Part shown: positions 54,830 through 64,000 of the stretch, one piece after another | Position numbering within the stretch: the first letter of the stretch is position 1 | How the letters are laid out: every line of letters starts with the position of its first letter | Origin: Octopus vulgaris | Taxonomy: Eukaryota | DNA length: 64,000 nucleotides | Direction of reading: 5' to 3' | Assembly: GCA_951406725.2 (NCBI GenBank) | Contig: OX597825.1 | Span: 61,318,001 to 61,382,000, forward strand | Notes under the pieces: model-generated | Databases searched by the model: none | Told to the model about the DNA's origin: nothing | What the model saw: only the letters and a program-made list of their open reading frames with translations | Made by a program: the position numbers and the translations under genes

Positions 54830-55095
54830 TCCCCTGTTAGATATTCCTATCCCACTTGCTTCTCATCTTGTCACCTTCCTTATTGCTTCTGACCGCCCAA
54901 GCCCTTCACAAATCCCTACACTCATTCCTTCCTTTAAAGAATTTTAACCTCTTGGAATGCTCTCCCTGCCCATATCTCTCTTACACTTATTGATATTTAA
55001 AGGCTCACGTGGTTCATTAATGACATCAATCTCACCACTCTCGGAGGACCTGCAATGAGCATGAGTACAGCCCTTTCCTCTTTAAGTGAACACAA
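54830..55095 (+). mobile_element. Old CR1/L2-group LINE 3' end relic
   Basis: TNPYTHSFL*RILTSWNALPAH resembles the SF..R....WN.LP C-terminal motif. Confidence 0.6.
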
Positions 55096-55555
55096 AGACT
55101 GCAAGGAGCTGCATATACCTCTTAGTTGAGGAAAGAAAATACCAATCCTCCACACACTTAGTGTGTATGAACACTTTAAAATATGTGGTTTTATACTAAA
55201 GAACCAAAGATAGTCACAGACAGGCTTATGCTGTTGAATTAGAAGATGGTTTGTAAACTACTTTTTTCTTTCATGAGAACAACCAAAGCAATTATTAGAA
55301 GCTGATTCATCACAGAAATGTTGCAGTTGTTATAATTTATTGAAGACTAGGGAAATATATGATAGCTGATGTTCAATGATTTATTCGATGCCATTGTGTC
55401 TTTATTCTATCTTGTGATAGAGCTGTAAATAATGTAGTTCCCATTTTGAAACTGATATATATATATATATATATATATACATCTATGAATGGAGATTACT
55501 TTGAATGGGTTATGTTGTTAGGCAGAAGCTTTTTTGACAGATAATGCCATGAGCT

Positions 55556-56155
55556 TATTTCTTTATTGCCTACAAAGGGCTAAACACAGAGAGAACAAAC
55601 AAGGACAGACAAAGGGATTAATTCAATTATATCGACCCCAGTGCATAACTGGTACTTAATTTATCGACCCTGAAAAGATGAAAGGCAAAGTCAACCTCGG
55701 CAGAATTTGAACTCAGCACCTAACAGCAGATGAAATACCTATTTCTTTGCTACCCACAAGGGGATAAATAAAGAGGGGACGAACAAGGACAGACAAACGG
55801 ATTTAGTTGATAATATTGACCCAGTGCTTAACTGGTACTTATTTAATCAACCCCGAAAGGATGAAATACAAAGTCAACCTCAGCAGAATTTGAACTCAGA
55901 ACGGAACAGCAGACGAAATACCTATTTCTTTACTACCCACAAGGGGCTAAACACAGAGGGGACAAACAAGGACAGACAAACGGATTAAGTCGATTTCATT
56001 GACCCCAGTGCGTAACTGGTACTTATTTAATCGACCCCAAAAGGATGAAAGGTAAAGTCGACCTTGGCAGAATTTGAACTCAGAACGTAACGGTGGATAA
56101 AATAACCCTAAGCATTTCGCCTGATGTGCTAACACTTCTGCCAGCTCGCTGCCTT
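55556..56155 (-). mobile_element. SINE family B trimer flanked by one 18-bp TSD
   Basis: cagataatgccatgagct at 55538-55555 and cagataatgtcatgagct at 56156-56173; units join at gaaatacc|tatttcttt. Confidence 0.9.
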
Positions 56156-56437
56156 CAGATAATGTCATGAGCTGGCAGAATCATTAACATGATGGTCAAA
56201 ATGCTTCAAGGCATTTCTTCCAGCTTTACATTCTGAGTTCAAATTCTGTTGAAGGTGACTTTGCCTTTCATCCTTTTTCAGGATTTGTAAAATAAGAACC
56301 TGATAAGTACTGGTGTTGATGTGATGTAGTTACTCCCCTAAAATTTCAGGCATTTCATGTTAGGAAGGGCATCCAGTCATAGAAACCAACCATGCCAAAA
56401 CAGACAAGGAACCTGAATGGCCCTCATCAGGTGTCTT

Positions 56438-56722
56438 GGGGCATATAGCATAGTGGTTAAGAGCACAGGCTACTAACCCCAAGATTCCAAGTTCGATTCC
56501 AGACAGTGACCTGAATAATAATAATAATAATAATAGCAACAACAACAACAATAATAATAACAACAACATCAAAAAATACCTTAGGAAAGAGAACCCAGGT
56601 TTCAAATTTTCCCAAGACACCGAAATGTTGTGTTAACAACAAACAATATGAGGACAAATAGCTGTCAAATGTAAATAAGGCAAATAATGTACATAATTCC
56701 TCATCTCTTAAATATCGAACAG
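56438..56722 (+). mobile_element. tRNA-headed element (family D) with internal (AAT/AAC)n and Penelope-like 3' module
   Basis: Box A tagcatagtgg, box B agttcgattcc; tail contains cccaagacac-cGAAAtgttgtgt. Confidence 0.65.
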
Positions 56723-56824
56723 TGTTAGGTTTGTATACAAATACGAGGCAGAAACCACTGAAGGAAATAAAAGAAATCTGCACACACCCCCACCCCATAT
56801 CAAAAGATGAAAATTAGGAACAAT

Positions 56825-57180
56825 AGGTGTGGTTGCGTGGTAAGATGTTTGCTTATAAACCCCATGGTTCTGGGTTCTACAGTGTGGTGGCACCTTGAGC
56901 AAGTGTCTTCTACTGTAGCCTCAACTTGACAATATGTCTGTGTGCATTTGTGTATGTGTGTGTGTGTGTGTGAGTGTGTGTGTATGTGTGTTTGTCCTCC
57001 ACCACCACTCAGCAACGTGTTGGTTTGTTTACATCGCTTTTTATTTAGCAGTTCAGTAAAAGAGACTGATACAATAAGTACCAGAGTGAAAAAAATAAGC
57101 ACTGAGGTGGATTTATTCCACTAAACTCTTCAAGGCAGTGCCCCAGCATGGCCACAGTCCACTGACTAAAACAAGAGAAA
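56825..57180 (+). mobile_element. SINE family A, diverged
   Basis: Colinear with 51377-51797 with an internal deletion. Confidence 0.8.
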
Positions 57181-58333
57181 TATTAACCAAAAGAATAATT
57201 TTTACCAGTAGATGTATTCTTTTAAATCATTGCCTACTAATTACTTCGTATGGTAATTAAACAGAAGATGTAATTGAACCCGGAGGTGTTTGGTTACCGA
57301 GAAAACTGCTTAACCACTGAGCCATGCTTGTTCAAGGATAGCTCGCAACTAGATTTTAAATATGCAGTATCTAACCTAATATATCTCATGTATCTAATAC
57401 TGCTATCATAAATATGTATGGCTGATTAGAAATATTAATAGCAATCAAAATTAAAGCTGTTTATATTTATTTTTGGAAAGCTAGCGTTTTATAACAAAAC
57501 CAAGATTTCTAAACTCCGTGTCATAGTGACCTTTCAAAAGGAATTATTAGAAATATTATGCATTTCTTCTTGAAAATTTCAAGAAAATTACTACCTTTTG
57601 TTTCTGAGCACAATAAAATATAATTCTATTTTTGTGTCTTAAATCAATTAATGCTTCATGTATTGATCTCAATACATGTAACGTTGTTCAGAAAGATGTT
57701 CTTAGTTAGATGATAGTATAGGAGAGGCTTTGTTTTTATTATTGTTATCTATTGTTATCTAATGAAGGGACAACAGTAGTTGATCAAACAAAATTTAGCA
57801 ATCATTAATCATAAAAGTTGCAGTCTGAGTGTTTCTTGGAATAGACCACTCATGAATTAGGCCAAAGTTTAGAACCACAGACAAGTAGGTATAACTGTTG
57901 TCAATTAGTCCGAAAGCTTTTGGCTACAAATCAAAATAGCTTTGATTAATGGTTTAAAAAATTAATAGTGTAGATTGAGGTGAAGGTTCAAGAATGAAGT
58001 GATATGATTTTATAAATTACTCCTTTAATTAAGGCTTTTAGAATATATTGCGAAATTTCTTTGGAATGTATTTATAACAAACACAGTTGTTGGTCATCGT
58101 TTCAACTATTTATCCAATAGTATTCTTATATAAATTGCAAATTTAGCTTTATTAGGAAAAATTGAGAAGAAAATATTAATGTCAAATTATTTTTTTTTTC
58201 CATTAATTTCTCTTCTATATTAACACATTGTTATAAAATTTAAATATTTATGCCTGGTATGTTTACATACGTGTGATATATATGTGTTTGTGTGTGAGTG
58301 TGTATGTATATATATGTATATATATGTATATGA

Positions 58334-58365
<32 letters not shown>

Positions 58366-58408
58366 GTGTGTGCATGTGTGTATGTATATATATGTATATA
58401 TATGTATG

Positions 58409-58465
<57 letters not shown>

Positions 58466-58671
58466 ATGTATGTGAATGTATACATATGTGTGTGTGTGTG
58501 TGTGTATGTATATATATATATACGTATGTATGTACAGAAAAATTAACAATTTTGAAGGAGACATTTATGATTGTATTAATGATGAAAGTGTTTGTGTGGC
58601 TGACAACAACTGTTCTTGCAGCTCTTCTGTGTATGAAGCAGCTAATGGAAAACGCTGGAGTTGCACTCTAT

Positions 58672-58704
<33 letters not shown>

Positions 58705-58789
58705 GTAGAGAGAGAGAGAGAGAGAAAGAGAGGAGAGATGGATGGATATCAAGTAGGGAGGGACAGCAAATAGGGATGGATAGCTGCCA

Positions 58790-59352
58790 TCTCTAGCAGG
58801 CAAACGTCTAGTGCTGAGGATGGGAAAGCAAATAGAAACTGGCTGGTCTGTTAGTTTTGCCATGCTGGAGTGGGAGTTGTTATCTCCCTTACTCACAATA
58901 AAACAGACACAGGTTGTGTGCTATTAGCCAGCAAGAAAAAGATGTTTTCCTGAGGTTAAAATGTAGTAACATTTGTTCTGCACAGAACAGCCATGTAAAA
59001 GTAGTACACACATTAGAGATTACTACTGTTTCTGTGTGAATCTCTTCCAGAGATTTTAAAACCAGCTACTTTAGTTTGTTGCAAGATCAACAACTGATGA
59101 TCACTTCTTGTTTATATATTACAAGTCAGTAGCAGGCAAGTATTCAGTACTGAGGTTGGGAAAGGACCTAGACACTGGCTGGTCTACTGGTTTTGCCATG
59201 GTTGGGGTGGCAGTGGTTTGTTTCCTTACTTGCAATAAAATGGACACAGGTTGTGTGTCATTAAAGAGTGGGAAAATTATGTTTTCTTTGGGTTAAAATG
59301 TAGTAATATTCGTTCTGCATAGAACAGCCACATAGAAATGGTACAGACATTA
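58790..59352. repeat. Diverged direct repeat of about 225 bp (58790-59015 and 59128-59352)
   Basis: Shared blocks actggctggtct, ttttgccatg, caataaaa, gacacaggttgtgtg, ggttaaaatgtagtaa, agaacagcca in the same order and spacing. Confidence 0.85.
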
Positions 59353-59504
59353 TGGTATATATATATATATATATAAAATAGTGACTATTTACCCATCGCA
59401 TCCTGTATATGTATATGTGGTTTTTGAGATTTCTACTGCTCTTTCTAGCACAACGCTTTCCTATTTGGAAGCCTCTTATTGTATTTCTATATATATATAT
59501 ATAT

Positions 59505-59665
59505 ATATTGTTATATTTCGGAATGGTCATATTGCCAGTTTAGCCAATAAAAACACACGCACTATATATTTGGTGTTATTTTGCTTCAGTGATATTTATT
59601 TTTTACATTAATCTTAATCTTATTGGCTAAACTGGCAATATGACCATTCCGAAATATAACAATAT
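59505..59665. repeat. Perfect 46-bp inverted repeat with a 69-bp spacer
   Basis: atattgttatatttcggaatggtcatattgccagtttagccaataa (59505-59550) and its reverse complement (59620-59665); the ORF track shows MTIPKYNNI on both strands. Confidence 0.95.
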
Positions 59666-59719
59666 CTGTTTCAACACACGACTTCACATAAAAAATCTTG
59701 CACAACAAATATTTAAACG

Positions 59720-59752
<33 letters not shown>

Positions 59753-59762
59753 CAATCACATA

Positions 59763-61066
59763 CAGGGTGCAATGGGTAAATTGTCACCATTTTATATTTT
59801 TAATTGCGTGCATGCACATTGTTTGCTTTTGATTTTGTCAACTAAGCAATACGAAAAGGTTAGTTGAGCACTATCTATGAGAAAAGCAGTACCATGATGC
59901 AATTCACTGTGCCAGAAATTTGGAAATGACATGCTGTACTGCTTGGCATTCATGCTGGAAGCCTCAATATGAACATTTCTATGTGACTAGGTGTCAATCT
60001 GAGCACAGGGTAGAGGAATTGGAAAGAGTTGGATGAGTTTAATGGTGATTACAAAGGTATGGCAGCTCGGAAAACTCACTCTGATCATTCTGATAAGAAA
60101 AGAACTCCTGAATTTGTTGGTGAGATCCAGGTCATGATTGACAATGATCCCTCCAAGTTCAATCAGATCCATCGCCAGGGACATGGGAATGTCTTAGTTT
60201 CTTATCAGGTAGGTACTGCATAAAGACATTCAGTATTCTTCATACACGATGAGAAAGGGCCAATTTTTATACCAAGCCATCAAGAACAAGAGGAAAGACT
60301 GTGCAATGAAGCTTTTGAACAAACCCAAGCATCCCCTCCAACTGAACATGCTTTGGTTTTTCTCAGATGAGAAAACTTCCTGCCAGGATCAAATGGTAAT
60401 CACACAGAACAACCATTGTCTTGCCGTGTCCCTAAAACATGTACCGAGAGTGATAAAATCAAACATCCAGTCAACATCATGGTGTTTGAAGGGATCACTG
60501 GTGATGGCGACTTTATGCTACCATTCATTTTCCCACATGGCATCACACTCAACATGGACACCTACATCAAGTGCTTGGAGGAGGTAGTGCTACCCTGGGT
60601 CTAGCAGGTGACTGCTGGAAGACCCTATGTCTAGCAACAGGACTCTGCACCATGTCACACAAGCAGGAGAACACAGCCATGGCTGTCAGACAATTTCTGC
60701 AGCCACACCACCCCTAACATCTGGGCACCTAACTCCCCAGACTGCAACCCTCTTGATTATTATGTGTAGTATGCAGTTGAGTGAGAGTCCAACAAGACTC
60801 CTTGTAACACCAAAGATGAACTGAAAGCAAGGATTATGATAGCATTCACCAACTTAAACAAGGAGATCATCTATCAGAGTTGCAGGAGATTCCAAGGTCG
60901 TCTGGAAGCCGTGGTTGATGCCAATTGTGATTTTATTGACTCTATTTACTATTTAGTATTTCAATATATTTTTATGTAATTTTGGTAAATTTATCTGTTA
61001 AAGTGAGATGTCAGTGCTATTTTCATTTCTGCGTAACTTAGACAACAATATATTCACCGCACCCTG
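59763..61066 (+). mobile_element. Second DD37D (maT) transposon, full length, decayed
   Basis: TA-cagggtgc ... gcaccctg-TA ends; WFFSDEK, QQDSAPCH, WAPNSPDCNPLDY with 37 residues between the last two D; stops and frameshifts. Confidence 0.92.
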
Positions 61067-61467
61067 TACATATACATATGTATGCATGTATGTATGTATG
61101 TATGTATGTATGTATGTATGTATGTATGTATGTATGTATGAATGAATGAAAGAATGAATGAATGAATGAATGAAAGAATGAATGAATGAAAGAATGAATG
61201 AATGAATTAGGATGTTCGTCATATTTTCAGTCTATGGAGATATAGTTAAATTTGTCATGTTTTCATATCAATCACATAGGTTTACACATGTGTGTGTGTA
61301 TAGGTGTGTGTATGTGAGTGTGTGTATGTGTCTGTGTGTATCAAGCATTCATCATCATCATCATTATAACATTATAATTATCATTGCCTTGGAAACAAAT
61401 GATACTGCATGTATGATGGTAAGTCTTGTTTAAAGCTATCGTGCAATGTCAAGAAGACACAAACACA

Positions 61468-61518
<51 letters not shown>

Positions 61519-61744
61519 ACACATATGCACATATACTCTCACATAGGATGGGCTTTTTTCTGATTCTATCTTCTAAATTCACTCTCAAGGTTCTAGTCAG
61601 ACCAAGGCTCTTGTAGAAGACAAGACACATACCCAAAGTAACATTCAGTTGGACTAATCCCAAATCCCATATTATTGCCAAGCAACGTTCTTACCACAAA
61701 GCTGTAGTTAAAGAAATATGAAATGTATCAAGAATGTCAGCAGA

Positions 61745-62040
61745 TGAACGTGGCTTAGTGGTTAGGGTGTTGAATTCACAATCGTAAGATTGTAGTTTCA
61801 ATTCCTGGCCCAGGCAATGTGTTGTGTTCTTGAGCAAAACACTTCACTTCACTTTGTTCCAGTCCCCTCAGCTGTAGAAATGAGTACCACTAGTGGACGT
61901 GCATTGTTTAGTGGTTAGGGTGTTGGATTCACGACCATAAGTTTGTAGTTTCAATCCCTGGACCAGGTAATCCATTGACTTCTTGAGCAAAACGCTTCAT
62001 TTCATGATGTTGCAGTCCTCTCAGCTGTAGAAATGAGTTT
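61745..62040 (+). mobile_element. Two tandem family C SINE heads
   Basis: ttagtggttagggtgttg...cttgagcaaaac...tcagctgtagaaatgagt occurs twice. Confidence 0.8.
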
Positions 62041-62714
62041 AGCCTGAAGAGGGGTGGACCCCACCAGGCTTTCTCATCCAAGATATGCTGCAAAGCTGCA
62101 GCACTCCAACGACTCCCAACTTGTCCATTGTCCATAAATGTCAATTATATTTTTCCATAAATGGTTAAATTTGAGAGAAATTTAAACAAAACTAATACAG
62201 TAATATTACATTAAACATTTTAGCTCTGTCAGAATGTAACTAAAAAAATGTCTTCAAAAACGAAATACTTTCAATGTTTCTGAGGTTATTTCCTGGTTTA
62301 TGTGGTTTCCATTGCATTTACTAAATAGAAGACACTTTATATTTATTTCTCGGAGAGTGCTTGACAAGATTTTAAATTGCAGCTGTAATATGTTAAACTC
62401 TTACATAAAACAGTTATATATTTTTGGAATCTTTACAAGTTGTTTCTCTTCTATAGTCTGTCTGAACTTGCAAATGAGGAAGCTTTTAATGGCTATTCAA
62501 TCCGCAAAAATTAGCAGCCACATCACCCTCTTATCGCATTCAACAATCTTAAAAGTAAAAAGAAATGTCACATTGGGTGTAGGAATGGCTGCATGATTAA
62601 GAATTTTGTTTTTCAGATATGTGCAACTTGTCTACCACGATAACCCTAGGCTGATGGAAGACTTGTAAGTGGATTTGGTAGATAGAAGCTGAAAGAAGCC
62701 TATTGAATGCATGT

Positions 62715-62965
62715 GGAGGTGCATGTCTTAGTGGTTAAGGTGTTTGGCTCATGATCGTAAGATTGTGATTTCGATACCTGGTCTGGGTGATACATTGTAA
62801 TCTTGAGCAAAACACTTCCTTTCATGTTACTCCAGTCCACTCAGCTGGCAAAAATGAGTGATCTTTTGACAGACCAGTGTCCCATCCAGGTGGAAAATTT
62901 GTAAGCTATGGAAACTGGCAAACCGGCTCTTGTGAGTCCGTCAAGAAGGAAACTTTATCTTTACC
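62715..62965 (+). mobile_element. SINE family C
   Basis: Colinear with 41765-42025. Confidence 0.85.
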
Positions 62966-63030
62966 AACCTCTCTCTTTACCTATTGTGCCTGTGTGTATG
63001 AGTATGTGTGTGAATGCACACACACACACA

Positions 63031-63200
63031 TCTCTTATATAAAATCCATTCTGTCTGTCTGTCTGTCTTCTTGGATCTTGGACATCCTCCATCCGATTGT
63101 GCTCAAATTTGATATGTAGATACTGACGGTATCAGGGCGTGTATAAATCATAAGAAACTTACAAAAATCGATTCCAGGTGAGAATGCGATCGATAAAGCT
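63031..63200 (+). mobile_element. Probable 5' part of a non-autonomous Helitron
   Basis: a|TCtcttatataaaa followed by (tctg)n and ccgattgtgctcaaatttgatatg, the same layout as the other Helitrons; no CTAG end seen. Confidence 0.5.
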
Positions 63201-63744
63201 GTTTTTGTTCTGATTTTCTTCTGTCAACCTGTTCATAACTGCACCTTCCATTTTTTGTTGTTTTTGTACTGCTTAAATGCACGTTTCTTTCCTGCCAAGC
63301 TTACTGTTTAAACCATGTTTGTGTTCTTCCAGTCAACAGCCTTATCATTACTGGTAATTTAAACTCTTCGGTTGCATATTTGTGTGAATAAAATCGTTTT
63401 TCTTTGGAATAGAAAAAAAGTCTATCTTTATTTCTTCTTTTGCTGGTGTACTGACACCCTGCTGTCAGTCTCCCTTCCTCACTTCCTGGTCAACCTTCAT
63501 GTTCAGTCTCCCTTCCTCACTTCCTGGTCAACCTATGTGCCCCACTGTTTTGTACCCTCTTTCCCTCTCTCATTTTCGTCCCTTATTCAAGATGTTGCAT
63601 TGGATTGAGGAAATTGTGGTTCAAATGAATTGAATAAACTATGTATAAAGTTTTATGCCACCTGGCAGGTGTTTGTGCAGATCTTCTTTTCAGGTGCTGA
63701 CAAAAGGCTCACAATAACTACCTTTCCACTCTCACTCCCAAGTA

Positions 63745-64000
63745 CACAATTTCAGGACAGCTACCATTAACGTGGGCACAATGAAAGGTCTGGTGACATT
63801 ATTAAAACGATGGAGTATACCTATGTTGATGTGTGTGGCATGCAAGAAGTGAGATGGAAGGAAGCCTCTGCAAGATTCCTCACAGGTAACAATCAGAACT
63901 TCAAATTCTTCTGGATAGGCAGAAGTGATGGAGTGGCTCATGTAGGCATACTCTTAGCAGAATGTGGATGGATAAGGTGACTGAGGTAGTCAGAGTATGC
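63745..64000 (+). pseudogene. N-terminus of an RTE LINE apurinic-like endonuclease, runs off the window
   Basis: FRTATINVGTMKG/GDIIKTME..VDVCGMQEVRW...FKFFWIG..DGVAHVGILLAE with frameshifts. Confidence 0.88.

Noticed and set aside
56438-56511. Bona fide tRNA gene (likewise other SINE heads)
   Set aside because: Acceptor stem does not pair and the head continues into a repeat body
58540-58672. Cys-rich frame NNFEGDIYDCINDESVCVADNNCSCSS
   Set aside because: Short, bounded by microsatellites, no convincing splice sites and no recognisable domain

Overview
AT-rich eukaryotic (animal) non-coding DNA, intronic or intergenic, and almost entirely repeats. The SINE families, RTE-type LINE ends with (GAT)n tails and very high microsatellite load resemble an Octopus (coleoid cephalopod) genome; this taxon call is recognition/inference, not a search result. 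I found no intact host protein-coding gene: nearly all ORFs in the track are microsatellite or SINE translations. Supported features: two full-length but decayed DD37D (maT-type Tc1/mariner) transposons, a deleted Gypsy LTR element with integrase, several RTE LINE pieces, a pogo/Brinker-domain relic, four complete and one partial non-autonomous Helitrons, three abundant tRNA-derived SINE families, Penelope-like fragments with hammerhead motifs, and a 28S rRNA fragment. Best leads: (i) a 28S rRNA fragment fused to a SINE-type 3' tail and inserted with an 11-bp TSD inside another SINE; (ii) a tRNA-headed element with a Penelope/hammerhead-like tail; (iii) a minimal hammerhead at 46023-46067; (iv) SINE multimers with a fixed junction under one TSD; (v) two local inverted-repeat structures. 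Coordinates were read by eye and degenerate element ends may be off by several bases.
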